A DNA stretch of 64,000 nucleotides from the human T2T-CHM13v2.0 reference genome, Homo sapiens. The translations under genes and the position numbers were made by a program. Below are positions 32,429 through 51,269 of the stretch, piece by piece. Position 1 is the stretch's first letter. Every line of letters starts with the position of its first letter. The stretch lies in NCBI RefSeq assembly GCF_009914755.1, contig NC_060936.1; one strand, given 5' to 3'. The notes below the pieces were generated by a model, which worked only from the letters and a program-made list of their open reading frames with translations, was not told the origin of the DNA and did no database searches.

Positions 32429-33829
32429 ATCCAGTTTAGACAACATGTGGTTAGAGGAAGTCCAAAAGAAGGTTTCCTTGACCTGTGGTAATCAGTGAAG
32501 GTTTAATAAGGGTACAACTATCACTGGTCTTAAATGATGGAATGGGATGTGAATCTGTGGAAAGGGCCAGGGTAGCCACCTGGACAAGGGATGCAGTGTG
32601 CCCAGGCACAAAAGTGGGAAGAGCAAAGTAATGTTCAGGTGACAATGGAGCAGAGAATCTATAGGACCAACAGTTGAAGCTATATGCAAGGGCTAAATTG
32701 TAGAAGCTTCGAATGCCAACCCAACAAGTTGGGACCTTATTTGTTAGTACTGATTATATGTAGTACGTTCATTAATCTCTGTCTGTTAACACAATGCATG
32801 TTTGTGAATGTATGTCTTCATATATGTCTCATTGCATTATTTTATTATTTGTGTGGATTTGGGTGTTTATGTGACTTATGTCTCTATAGGCAGCTACCCT
32901 GAGTTCTCCAAATGCAGGGTAGAAGCAAGCACAAGCTGCCCGTAAAACTTGGGTTCCTGTGAATGAATACACATCTCCACTGAAGCCTAGGGACCTATGA
33001 CCTTCCTATGAAGGTTTATTTTGTGTGTCTAATAGAGTGAAGAAAGGAACACAAGCACAGGGAAACCAGCTATTGTAGTAAGCAGTTCAGGTGGAAAATG
33101 GCAATGAGGATAGAAAGGAGGGGATGGATAAAGGAAGATAATAAGAAGGGAGAATAATAGGATTTAGTTACTGTTTTGAATCTGAGAGGAAGGGAGGAGA
33201 TAAATTTAAAATAACAGGTTTTAGCCTGAAAAACTGGGAGAGTGATAATTCTACTGGCATTTTATGGATACAAAAATACGTCCTCTTGTGTGTTCCTTTG
33301 AGAGAGGTGATCCCTAAAGAATAAAATATGAAGGTGTTCCCATGTCGTATGTACACATCTGTGTATATACGGCAGTGACTTTGTGTTAATTTTCTCATTT
33401 CATAGCATGTAGTAATGTGAGGGGCAAGACCCAAAGACCAAGGATCAAGAGATGCTCAGGAGGCTGACATCCTGAGAGGGAAGAGCCATAGAAAGCCCCT
33501 GACCATTCTTGAGACTGACACCATTAATTTGCCTAACTCTGATGTGCCTTTATAGCCTCAGACTCCAGTTTCAACTCCATATCACCTAACCCCATTCCAA
33601 TAGCACAATTCCATAACACCCAACCCTAATCTTAATTATAATCCAACCTACACTTGCTCTTCTACTTCTACTTTGCTGATTGTCATCAGTGCCCTAAACC
33701 TCATCTGATTCCAGCCCTCTGCAATAACCTATCCCTTCATTGAAAAGGGAGGGATCGTTGAGGCTAACTCAACTTTTTCTCCTCCCTTTCTCATTTCTAT
33801 TCAGTCAACTTCTCTTTTCCCTGACCTTA

Positions 33830-34251
<422 letters not shown>

Positions 34252-36629
34252 TGACTCCCTTAGCCTATACAATAGAATTATTCTTCTGTAGGTTCACGGG
34301 AATTTTGGGCTTTGCTAAAAATTTCTGTGAGGCCTAAGTCCTCAAGTGCATTTGAATTTTATTTGCCATGCGTTTATTTACCCACATCTTCATAAAACTT
34401 ATTTCCAAGTTTCTTTGAAGACAGGGGGCTCTTTTGGTCTTTGGGAACCTAAAAGAGTGGTGTTTTCTCAAGCAGCATTGGAAAGAAACTAAAGAGATAA
34501 AGTTATTGAGAAGGCAGTAAGTGGATTAACTTCATGTACTTTGGTAATGGTGGGGATGGGAGGAGACCCAGAATTAGTATATGGTGGGTCCCAACTAGGT
34601 CTTCAGGTATTAACTCTGATGTCTGGAGAGTTCCTGCACTGACCAAGGTCAGTCAGGCACTCGGTTTTCTCTGGCCTTTCCTCCTCTTCCCTTTCATCAC
34701 CCCTTGAACAAATAGGAACAGCAGCAGTTAATCAATACAGATCCGGTATGAGGTGGAGGGGCAGAAAACAGAGCCAGCAAAAACCCTTTTCTAGGTTGAA
34801 TTTAAGAAACCTGGGAGTCACGAAAATTAGGTATATAGGAAACACGGAGTGGGAGTAAGAGGGTATTGATTTTTTTAAAAAAAACTTTTTCTCCTTTGAT
34901 CTTCTGATATATTCTGATACATTGAAAAGAGGTAGAATTTCTTTGAAAAGGATACATGACATGGAGACAATTAGAAAGAGAGAAGGAAAGCGATTTCAGC
35001 TAGGCTCCCCTCCTCTGCACCACTGTTCCTAGGCTTTTTTAGACTTTGCGCTAAGGACCCACTTTGTATAGAGCCCTGTCTTGTATGTTTTGAAGAAGTT
35101 GAATTCCTTTAGGAATTTATAGTTTAATGAGGAAACTAGAATTCTTACATAAGGCACATAAATAAAAATAAGCAAGTGTGCATTAACCAAGTGGAATCTA
35201 CTTACATAATGAAATGATAGCCTCTGATTGAATTAATCAGTGAAAACTTCATGGAGAAGGTAGATTTCAAGACACTGAACTCTTTATTTAAGTAAGGTGC
35301 TTAGAACAGTAGCAGGCACATCGTAAATACTCAATACATGTGATCATTAATTAAAAATGAATTAGTGAGTATCTACTGTGTCAATCAGGATGATGATGAG
35401 GTTCACCAGTGATACATCAGTGAAAAAGTCTGACGCAATCTTTGTTCTTATGATACTTATTAGTATATTAGTAAAGCTAGACTTTTTAAACTAATATTTA
35501 TTATAATTGTGATATAGGTTATGAATCAGAAAGTGCTAGAATGAAGAAACTGAGGAAGGAGGGTACGGAGGTCTGAGTTTAGGAATAGTGACCAGATTAG
35601 GAATGCAGAGCCCTAGTTGAGTTTGCAGAAACCACAGATCTGGCTTTTATTGCATCTGTCTTCTCTGCTGGCAGAGTACCATGCCAATACTGAATTCTTT
35701 AACATGTACTTGAGCATTGATCCTGAAACCTTGGTAGAATGATCTGTGGACCCAGATTGTCAGATTAGGGGAAGAAAGAAGAAAGCCTGCTAAACAAACC
35801 AAGTGAGATGCACAGAGTTATAAAATGAAGAAGAGCTTTTTAGAGAGGGAAAGAGAGAAAGAAAGGTCAGACTAGGATTTAACTTGGGTCTCAGAGCAGC
35901 AGAGCCCTTCCACCTTCTGATCCTGAGCAGTGAGACCCTCTTATTCTAGTGAAGACCATAACTCACTGCTGTAAGAAAAAGACCCTGTTTTATGGAGGCA
36001 GGGACTATAGATAAGCTGATTTCTGAAGGACCCAGCTGATAGGCACAGTGTAGCCAGGGAAATAGCCCACCTGCAAATCCCCATAACATCACAGCCACAT
36101 GTCACTAGGGATTGAGAGTGATAGAAACTGAAATTCTATGGAGGCAAGGAGGCAAAACAGAAAACTCAAAATAGAGCTGAGAGGTCCTAGCTGAAGGAGA
36201 AGCTCAAATTCAGAAGTCGCCTGCCCAGAGCTGAGTTTGATGGACTCTAGTTCTCCCGGGGAGAAAACATAGAAATGTTTTGTTTTGTTTTTTTTCCCTT
36301 AGGGCTTGTGGGCCACATGGGAAAGTGAGATTGAGCTGTGTAAAATCCATAGAGGTCACAGCTTTGTCATTCTCCAAATTCAGCAAAGCTAATCATCTCT
36401 TGAGGTAGAAAAATGGCCAGGAATCAGACATCCTGAGCTCAAAAACAAAGAACTCTGGGATGCTGGGCTGATGCCGTACCAAATCCTAATTCCCTTTCCA
36501 GCCTAGGAATGGCTTCAGCCGCCAAAACTATGCTACCTTTAGCCTTATGACATCGGCATATTCTACCCCTGGAAAGGACCTCAGTCAGTCATCTGCTCTG
36601 GCCCTCTGTCTCCAGATAGCCAGCCATTA

Positions 36630-37106
<477 letters not shown>

Positions 37107-38399
37107 CTATTTTTAAAGGTTCGCACGAACAGAGATCCTTTTACCTCTCTGGCTTGCTATTCTAAGGTTTATAATTTTTACTTATGATATCCATTAGGAA
37201 GTGCAATTCATCTCTAACAAATGTTTATTCCTCATATATTTTTAAAAATCTTATGAAAGTTAAGGCAGAAATAAATTATTTAGTATCAGCTTTAAAGTCA
37301 TGCTCAAGTCATTTATTAGATTTTTTTTCTGTCTAGTCTCATAGAGACCCATTACCCACAGTTCTTCTTTCTAAAACCTCTTCCCAATATGCCGTAATTG
37401 GAGACTCCAAACTACGTGCTTATGATGTTCTCCAGAACCCCTCCTGACTACACCCAGAATACCTACTGGATGGTGCCTGTAATCTTATCCTTCGTCTTGC
37501 TTCTAATAAGTCAGACAACTGCCATGGAGGGTTATTTAGGGCAACATGGAACAGCCAAGGAGACTCTGGCCAGGACTGGCTTGGGGCCAGACTAAGCTAG
37601 TCAGGTTGGCTAGGAGAGCTCAAAGAATTACCGGGGCTCCTTAATATAAACTATTTGTATACCCCAAAGTTTGTGATTTTTAGGGAACTAGGGGTTTGAG
37701 GCATAGGTACCAGGTACATGAAGAGCATCCTAAAGTTTGGTTTCTAGGAAAACACTCAGATATTCAAGTTGGAGACAGGATGAATGACTTCTGGAAGTTG
37801 GTAGAGTTGAGGTAAGAAGAAGGCAGAGGGAGAAGAGAATTTCCTTATTGTGAGATTTTTTTTGTATGCCCAACAGATTTGGATAGTCCCTGCCCACCAT
37901 CTGTTGTTTGCTTTTGTACTGAAAACGTTCGGAGTCACTTGTCTCTCTTAACCCTGGGTATACCAACAGGATTGCATTAAGTTAGAGTTTTTACAGGACC
38001 ATTTACTCAGCTTGGGAACAGGAAACAATGTTCCAACCTATACATTTCAGAACAATTTTTTCCCTTATTTCCTGAAATTACAAATTCATACTCCAGAACT
38101 CCAGGTATCCAGAAGAGAATCCCATAGGCCTTGTGAAAGACTGGAAAACAAACTTTAGTTTCATATCTATTCTGATCTTATTGAGCTAACTTTATTCATC
38201 TTTCCTAAAGCATTGAAGGCTTTGTGTTGACTTTTGACCTTGTTCCTTTCACACACATAGGCTATTCCTCAAGCTACTGAGAAGCCCCTCTCTTCACAGA
38301 TTTTTTGGTTTTGATGCCTTCAACTTAAGGTTGTGAACTTAGGCTTCTAGACTTCATGGGGCTTTGCCTTAGTGATGTCATAAGTAAGCTTTGACATCA

Positions 38400-39602
38400 G
38401 TGCTCACCAATGGCTTCTTGTTGACAAGCCCAAACTTTCAGGCCTTACCTTAGATCAGTTATCAGAAGCATTTGGCACTGTTCCAACTTCTTGAAACTGT
38501 CCACTTTTGGCTTCTAAGACATTGCTAAATCCTGGTTCTTTTGTATTTCTTGCTGCCCCTTATTAGTTTTTATCATGGAACCCCCCTTCCCCTTCCTGTT
38601 CCTTCAATGTTGGTTTTCCTCAGGGTTGCATTCCTTGCCCCTTTCCCTTATAATTCTGCATATTCTCTTGAGATAGTCTCTTCTGTGTTCACATGGATAC
38701 TCCACAAGAACTTCAAACAGCATATCCAAATATGAATGTATCACCCCCACTGCCACCTGCCCAAACCAAAACCTGCCTCTGCTGAGTCAGTGGACCACGC
38801 TTTTACCCTTTGTCTAAATCAATCACGGGACATTTTCTCCTTCTCTGACCCTTGAAATGTAATCACATTGCCAACTGGATATAAGTCCTGTTGCTTCTGT
38901 TTCCTAGATGTCTTCTGTCCAGTATTTTGTTTTGTCCCAAATGCTACTCTTCCAGTTCAGGCCTTCCACATTTCTTTTCTAGGATGCCAGGTAGCCTCCT
39001 AACCCTAGAAATCCCTCTCTCAAGCTGTCTTTCACACTGCTGCCAGAGTTATCTTTCTGAGATACAGATCGCATCATGTCCCTCTGCTCTCTAAATTCTT
39101 CAGGGATTCTTTGTTGTATGCAACTTTTCTTTTTGGAGGGGCCACAGACCCCTTTAAGAATCAAATGAAAGCTGTGGACCTTCTCCCGAAAGAAATGTCC
39201 ATGCCTGCAGAACTTTTCATACAGTTTTGTGGGGTTCCTGGATTCCCTGAAACCCATCACCCATGGATCCCTGATTAAACCCTGGCCTGTAGAAGACAAG
39301 TCAAACTTCTCATGGCACATAGGTGCCTGCCCACCTGTAGAGCTTCATCTCTCACCATTTCCTAGTTTATATTTTATTCTTTATAATACTAAATTACTTA
39401 AGGTTATTTTTTGACCCTCACCTTTATTTGTGCTATTCCCTCTGCCAAGAATACTCTCCCTCAAATTATCCACCTGACAGAAAAATTTTAAAGGAAATTG
39501 TCCTTTAGGTCCCATGACAAATGCTGTCTTTTCTGTATAACCTTCTCTGACTTCCTTCTGGCAGGCTTAGATACTCTTTGTCCCTGTTTCGACTGTACTT
39601 TG

Positions 39603-39633
<31 letters not shown>

Positions 39634-39950
39634 CGAGAGATGGGGTCTCACTGTGTTGCCCAGACTACACTTAACTCCTGGGCTCAAGTGATCCTCCTGT
39701 CTCAGCCTCCCAAGTAGCTGGGACTATAGGGATGCACCATTGTACTTGGCTCATGTCTTTTATAGGGACCAATAGACCATATTGTAATTCTCCACATGTC
39801 TTGAAGACCATTACCAAGTCCTTTATCTTGGTATTCCCAGACTCTGTGGTGGTCATTGCTGTACCCCCAGTGCCTAGCATAGTGCCTGAAACATGATAGG
39901 TGTTCAGTTAGTATTTGTTCAGTGAACAAATGGACCTTCAATTCAATTTG
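38400..39950 (-). mobile_element. Degenerate L2 with inserted MER-type element and FLAM (about 39625-39750)
   Basis: L2 3' end motif tacccccagtgcctagcatagtgcctg...gttcagttagtatttgtt. Confidence 0.55.
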
Positions 39951-40554
39951 GAGCTAATAGCCATGTAATACCAACCTGCAAAAAAAAGAAACATTTTGAT
40001 TTTTTTTATTCCATTCTATTCCTGATAGCCTTGGATTATTCAAAAGTTTGTGATGGTTTTTTAGTTTGGTGCTGCAGATTTTTCCGATTACTAGCTCTCT
40101 TAGTGCTTGTTGGTATATTACATTTCTCCAGGCAGGGTTAAGGACAACATGAACAGATTTTAGATTAAAACAAAAATATGTACTAGAATGTCTAAGAGAG
40201 ACTGGCTAAAATGGTTTACAAGAAGTTGACCCTTCATGGCTCTTAAGATTCCCTGTGCATCACCATGTGCTCCTTGTCACATTACATGGTAGGAAAGGAA
40301 TGTCTCCCATCTCTCACCAATAAGGCCATGCTTAGCAGAGGATCAGTGCATTGTTCCTAATATGAAACACACATATGGGACACCTGCTGTGTGTTTTATG
40401 TTGGGACGGGTTGGCTTTTTCACAGTGCTCCTGGAAGAGAGTTCTTTTCACTGAGCAGCTACTAGGAGAGGGATAATATCATCTGTGAAAAAGGGAAAAG
40501 GATTGCCTCTCTATTTTAGTCCTAAGTTTTTGTTCTGTTTTGTTTTAATTTTCT

Positions 40555-40555
40555 T

Positions 40556-40591
<36 letters not shown>

Positions 40592-40706
40592 GATGGAGTC
40601 TTGCTATGTTGCCCAGGCTGGTCTCAAACTCCTAGGCTCAAGCAGTCTTCCCAGCTTGACCTCCCAAAGTACTGAGATTACAGGCATGAGCTACCGTGTC
40701 CAGCCC
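40555..40706 (-). mobile_element. FLAM / Alu monomer
   Basis: Poly(T) followed by an antisense Alu left arm. Confidence 0.8.
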
Positions 40707-41685
40707 TAGTTCTAAGTTTTTCTTCCAGTAGAAGCAGAGAGAGAATGATTTACAGTATACTTTTTGAGTTCCCCATAAACATCTTATATACAGGGCCACA
40801 GGAAGAGACTAGCAAATATTTGTTGACTAATTGAGGAAATGCCAGGAGAACGCAGTGAGAGAATAGAGTCCCCACCAATTCTTCCTGCACACTTGGTCAC
40901 AGCCTCTTCTGGCAGTGTGATAACTAGTAAATCACAACTGTGTGGCACACATTGGAACATAGACCAACTCAAGTGACACAAAAAAGGGGGGTGTGTGTGT
41001 GTAGACTGAGAGAATCAGCTGTCTGGTAACAGATATACTGTGAACTTGTGAATAAACTGTAACTTGCCAGGTTACTGAACCATATAGAGTCATGTCTTTG
41101 TCCTGAAATGCCAACTAAAAGCTGATGTCTCGATTCAGTGCAGAAAGCAAGGAAAAACCTAGTACAGCCATTGACATTAGTAGGACAAGCCATAGAGGCT
41201 AATAATGTTAACTTAGGCATCTGAGAACTTGAATTCTAATCTGAACTTTCTAAAAGTACTAGCTTTGTGCCCCTTGACCTTTTTGAGTTTCAGTTTCCAA
41301 ATCTTTAAAATGGAGACAATTCCAGGATTGTTAACAGCATTAAATAAGATGATGTTTGACAAGCTCTTGGCAGTGTCTAGCCCACAATACACATTCAAGA
41401 AAATGTGTTATTCTTGTTGTTATTGTTTCCCAGATGGTCCTATCAAGGAAAGGTCTTGGGAAAGGCAGGATTTTGGGGGGGCTTGAGGAGCAATGAATGC
41501 AGATTATCTGAAGCTCCAGTAACATTGACTGCAGTAATTGGGAGTGGGGAGGCCAGAAGACTTTGATGAGAGGATTATTCTAGATTCAGAGAAAAGACTA
41601 AATAAAGTACTGATTCGTTATCTTTAGCCAAATGTAATATCTCTGGATTCCAGGGCGCCTTTTCTTAGGAGCAACCTCTCCGTGA

Positions 41686-41877
<192 letters not shown>

Positions 41878-42648
41878 TAGTTACATTGCTGTGTTTGATT
41901 TTCCTTGACTCCGTAGCTTCATGAGTCACTCTTTCCTACTTGACTCCAATAGTGATGGTGGGACCTGAGCATCTACAAACTGGGTCTTCATGTTGCCTGT
42001 TCAATTTAAAGGAAAAAGTAACTCTCAGTCCTCCTTTTATCTCCCTCAAAACAGAGAAAGAAATGGAAATGGGTAGTATTTACAGCAAATTTAGTATATC
42101 CAGAGGAAGAGCCCCAGGAGAAAAGAGACTTGCTGCATTTCTGTAGTTTGCATAACTTTCTGAGGTTCTCAAATCTTCTTTTGCACCCTTCTCCCAGTAC
42201 CCTCTCATGCTTCACCCACTCTTCTTTTTATAAGGTCCACCTGCTTTCTTGTATCAGATTTTATAATCTTTTAGAGCAAGTCGCGTTTCTTTCCTTCCCT
42301 CCCACCAACTTCCCCTTCTCCTTTTCTCCATGGTTATCAAGACCATCTGTTATCATTGGCCCCCTGGGAAGCAGGTTGGAGGAGATAGGATGAGCCAAAA
42401 ATAAGAATTAAGATTAACTATTAGGAAGGATATCCACATCCCAGTATTTCAAAAATGGGAGAAAGTAGAAGAGAGTATTGCAAAAGTTGATGCCTCCTTC
42501 TTTGGACTGTGTTAAATATGATAGTCTCACGAGCATCCAGGACTCACTAATGGGAGGAGGTGGCTTGACTCTCAGAGAATCTCTTCCCAGGGATCCTGTC
42601 TTAATCTTGGGAATTTATAGAGAAGCCTAACGGGCTGAACAGGTATAA

Positions 42649-42816
<168 letters not shown>

Positions 42817-44141
42817 TAAATTCCCTGTCATGTGGTTTCATGGGAAGGAATTCAGTGACAAGAGAGGGACCCTATTTGCCCTTTACTCTTAGCATTTGAA
42901 AATACCACCCTGGTTTCCTGGGGCAGGGAGAGGGTGGAGGAGTGATCACAGGATGCTTTGCTCTTTATGGAAAGGTCATAAACAAGACTATGGGGACTGA
43001 CACATAAGCAGATCTTACTCTAGGGTCACAGGGAAGGTCTGGCCCTGAAAATAACCTTACCAGAGGACTGGAGCCAGAGCCAGAAGTGGAGCTGAAATCT
43101 GCCAGTCCTCATGTGATGGAGATGAGGTGACCTGAAACCAGACCACTTAAAGGACGAAGGAACTGAGACAGCCTTTCGGAGTCTCAAAAAAATCCTAAGA
43201 GTATCCTGAGGATTTCCACAGTCCTTTATGCTACTTGCTCCATGTTGTTTTAGGCTTCTCATGTGTATCCACTGTGGGCTAGCCCACAGTGAGTGAGAGA
43301 AATACAATCATTTGCTGGTTTACTGAAAATTTGTAAATTACATTTGTATCCCCCTTTTTTCAGCTCAGTTCCCTAAAAATCCATGGGCAAAAATTTAATA
43401 TGCAGTGTCTAGTGAAGGCTCTACCTAGGTGCTAAGTAATGGTGCCTGCCATAAAGTGGTCTGAGAATGAGCCAGAATTCTCCACCAGTATCCCAAAGTC
43501 ATGGCTGCCCAGGAGTACATATGATATGAAAACCTAAGTATACTTACCTCTCTCAGGTAAGTATACTTTCTCTCAGGGATAGAAAGCCTTAATTTCCCAG
43601 GGACTTATAGATACCTCTCTTGGGGTATCTATAAGGCTTTCTTTACCTAGAGCTATTTTTCCTGTGAATACCTGGATATTGCAGCTTCTGCTGCTAGCAC
43701 CATGGATTGCAAGGAGCTAAGGGGAAAGGATTGGCAGTACCTGGGTACAGTTAGAAATCTCAGTGCAGAGAGAGGAAAAATACTACAAAACACATTGGGA
43801 TGAACTCCTAATAATAATTTGGACACAATCCAGTAATGTCAGGCCATTAGGGAGAATTTCTAAAGACTGAAGTCACTGCTTCTAAGATGTGAAAGTTGGA
43901 GATTATTTGAGAAGCCAACATACATGTATGTATTCACTTGTTCTCTTTAGGATAGTCATGGATGACAAAGCCTTCAATGAAAGGAGTTCTTAGCAGTCTT
44001 CTCAGATGTGTAGCAAAATATGGGAATGACCCTATGATGCCTCAGCCAGCATCATTTCCCTTTCCTTTGGAAGGGACAGATCACTCTTAAGGATGTCAAG
44101 GAACTTTCTAGGGAGTCACACAGTTATGTTAGGCCATCACA

Positions 44142-44825
<684 letters not shown>

Positions 44826-45576
44826 GTAAGGGGACTTGGGAGGTAGGCAGTGTAAGAAGATGGCAGCTAGGACAGGCTAAAGGGCTAGAAGCTCCTGAAG
44901 ACTAAAGCGTTTGAGCTATGGTGACTATAATGGCCAGTTTTCTGGGGCTAGAACACTATTTTTAACGAAAAATTATCTAGAGCACTGAAATTGCACTGTT
45001 CCCTTAATGATATATGATTTGTCTTTTGCCACTGTCTGGCCCACTGTCCAAATATGCAGCTCTGAGGTCTTTCATATCATTGGGGTAAATGGTTATTCTT
45101 CAGACTGGGCAAATCTAGGGAGCCCAGACATGAGCTACGCTTTCCAACCATATCATAGAAAGTATAGGTGCTGCTATGACCACGACAGCTCAGAGATAAG
45201 GGGACCTGGGGGGAGGCAATGTAGGATGGGAGGATAGAAGGGTAACAGTTTACCCCAGGGTAATCCTAAAGGATTCCAGTTAGTCCAATTCTCCCTTCAC
45301 TTCTTATCCTTTCCTTTCCTTCCCTTCCCTGACCCGGTTCCTCCCTGGAACAGAGCCTCTGTTTAGACACTTTTTACTGCTGTGTTTTCTCAGGCCTAGG
45401 AAGGATACCTTGTGGCTAAAGTATTTCCCCTAGGTCTTCCTGGTCTCAGGAAGCCTGCTAGAAGGCCTGGCAGCATACATGTATCTCCCAGAGAGGGTAA
45501 TTGGCCTAGATGTGGGTGGTGGCTTGATCTTGGCCATAGGGTCACTTGGACTGTGTCATATGTCTATCTCTTGCAG

Positions 45577-45621
45577 CCACCAGAGGACATTTGTGTTAGA
45601 AGTAATGGGCCGCCACTGTGG
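45577..45621 (+). CDS. PFKM: PFKM core coding exon 6
   Basis: HQRTFVLEVMGRHCG (MGR motif); AG/GT boundaries. Confidence 0.97.
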
Positions 45622-46039
45622 GTAAGATCCTCATTCTGACCCATTTATTCCGTGGACCTAGCGATAGCCCTTTCCTTTTCCCCAGAGAGTCCAGTGAGGT
45701 CTCTCAGTAGCAGCAGATCTGGAGGTGCACATGCTCCTTGTGGTGTGGTTCCCTTTCCGGCCTCCATCCCCTCTGTTACATCCCCACACATGCATGTGTG
45801 TACGTGCTCAGGCACGTGCTTGGTGTAAAGAGTGGGTAGTGCTCTGAGGCTGGAAGCCACTGTGGCAGGTGAACATAAATGGAAGGTATCCGTTAGAGAC
45901 AGAATCTCATTGAGGGGCCCCGGTGCTCTTACCCTTGCCCCACGAATAAAATGGAGGCTCTCCAGACCTTTTATCAACTATGAGGACTAGGAGAACTTGT
46001 TGGGTATGGGTGAGGCTATTTGTAGAGTACAACTTCTAG

Positions 46040-46506
<467 letters not shown>

Positions 46507-46593
46507 TGATTGCCTCCCACAAAGAACCATTACAAGACAAGAGGCTGAGCTGTCCATGGTTTACCCAAGTCTCTGCTTGTTTTCTTCCTTTGA

Positions 46594-46890
<297 letters not shown>

Positions 46891-46959
46891 TGAGGGTTCT
46901 CTTCTGTTACAAAAATGGTGAGAGACTACGCCTTCCTAATGGTGAGGAACAATATCTTT

Positions 46960-48690
<1,731 letters not shown>

Positions 48691-49032
48691 TAATTCCAAC
48701 CTTAGACACTCAGTTTAAACCCTCTTATCCTATCTTCACTGGAAGAGCAAAGCAATCTCCTACCTTGTTTTGTCAATAAGAAGGGAATATTATTAAGCCC
48801 CAGTAATCCTGTTGATTACCATAGTGGGCATGTTTCTCTAGAAGTAAGTAGAATCTTTGGGGTTCCGATGGCAAGAATACAGAGTCATCAAGCTTTAGAT
48901 GAAATCTGTTTGGGGAGGTAAAGCCCAGTAAGTTCTTTGCTGCAGTTCTTAATTGTGAGACTCAGTCTTGTGATTTGGAAAAGGGCTCGAGTATCCTGAC
49001 TCTCTAGGCTGAGCCAAGATGGGGCAGCCTGA

Positions 49033-49218
<186 letters not shown>

Positions 49219-50118
49219 TAACACTCTCAAGCCCCTGCCTTGGAGCTCAAGGGGCATGAGACTATGTCTAAGGCCACTGGTATAGGAGCAGGTGGAAAGG
49301 CAAGATGGTATAGTAAGAGACATGTGGGGAAAGAACACAGTGGGCTTTGCATAGGAGCTCTTAACTAAGCTTCAGTGTTCCCATCTGTAAAATGTTCCTA
49401 AGGAAGGTGGGAGATTCTACATCCTCCTTAGTAATGAAACCCAGTATCTCATAATATACAACCTCAAACCTTTTTATCATGTCTTTATTGGAAGAATAAT
49501 GCTATATTCCTCCTAACTTTATTAAGAACAGGAGAATATTATTAAATTCTAGCTGGGTAGCTTTTGTCTCTATGATTTCTATCTTGAACATGTTTCTCTG
49601 AACCAACACGAGGTTACTAATGCTAACGTTGAGGGTTATTGTAAGGATTGGAGATAAGCTATATTAGCATGTGATACAGTACCTAGCAAATGTTGAGTGC
49701 TCAGGAAATGGTGGCCTTTATTATGAAGGAATCACTCCTTTGATACCACAGAGCGAACGTGGCGGCTGAGAGCGAGAACTAGGCTGTGTGGCCTGGTTCT
49801 GAGGGCTGGTCTAAATACTCCCCATCTCCCGGCCTCCTTCTCTCTGAGACTCAGGAGTCCCAGTTACCTGCAGCCTTGCTTGGAAATGTATCTGTAAAAG
49901 CTCCAAAGTGAAGGCACTGCCCCACAGAGCTGAAATCAGTAGTTGAGAAGCACACAGCAGGAATCAGTCCTTCCTAACTGGGTTACCTGTAGGATCTTCA
50001 TTTACTCATGACTTTAGAGGCTGCTTTAAGGCCGGGGACCTGGGTGTGGAATGGAAGATACTATTTATCTGTGAGCATTCTTCCACTCTGCCCATACTTC
50101 TAATAAACAGAGCATAGT

Positions 50119-50404
50119 GCCAGGCACGGTGGCTCACGCCTATAATCCCAGCACTTTGGGAGGCCGAGGCAGGCAGATCACAAGGTCAGGAGATTGAGAC
50201 CATCCTGGCTAACATGGTGAAAAATACCAAAAAAATTAGCCGGGTGTGGTTGCACACGCCTATAATCCCAGCTACTTGGGAGGCTGAGGCAGAAGAATTG
50301 CTTGAACCCGGGAGGCAGGGGGTTGCAGTGAGCCAAGATCACGCCACTGCACTCCAGCCTGGGCGACAGAGCGAGACTCCGTCTCAAAAAAAAAATAAAA
50401 TAAA
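50119..50404 (+). mobile_element. Alu with clear target-site duplication
   Basis: aataaacagagcatag on both sides. Confidence 0.9.
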
Positions 50405-50629
50405 CAGAGCATAGAATCAGTTCTTTTCTTTTGCTGCTCATTACTTAGACAACTCAGGAAAAACAAAAATACTTCCATGAAAGTTTGGGGGCATAGGAAA
50501 GGTGGGGTGTAGAATGGACAGGATCTAGTCACAATCCCAGAGATGGGCAGAGTTCGACTGTGGGATGGAGTTCCAGCTGTGCAGAATCCTGACCCTGGAG
50601 TTGAAACTGTCGCTGTGCTCCCCCCTCAG

Positions 50630-50694
50630 ACCAAAGATGTGACCAAGGCCATGGATGAGAAGAAATTTGACGAAGCCCTGAAGCTGAGAGGCCG
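50630..50694 (+). CDS. PFKM: PFKM core coding exon 11
   Basis: TKDVTKAMDEKKFDEALKLRGR; AG/GT boundaries. Confidence 0.97.
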
Positions 50695-51020
50695 GTGAGG
50701 AGATGACGGGAAGCTCACTAGCTACAGAAATCAGAGGCGTGAACGAAGCCAAAGATCTCCATGGCTCCAGGCCCAAAACATGAGCTTCTGCTGCTTCCTT
50801 TTCTGATTCTCTCTGCAGCAAGTTCCTGCCCAAGAAAATTAGTTGTGAGGTGACTGGGAGGCTCAGTTCATCTCAGGGGTGTGGTCCCTGGCATCAACCT
50901 TTTATAATCTGTTATTTCTATATGTGAGCCCCAGCAAGATGATAAGTTCCTCTAGGCAAGGGACAGTCTCTTGTGCTGAGCATAGTGCCTGAAGAAGAGT
51001 ACTGAGGGAGTGTTTGATGA

Positions 51021-51269
<249 letters not shown>

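Noticed and set aside
38373-38399. Inverted TGATGTCA/TGACATCA pair (CRE/AP-1-like sites)
   Set aside because: An 8-bp stem next to degenerate L2 sequence can arise by chance; no supporting motif cluster.
43536-43550. ATACTTACCT as a U1 snRNA gene or pseudogene
   Set aside because: The match ends after 10 nt with no U1 body; kept only as a hairpin arm.
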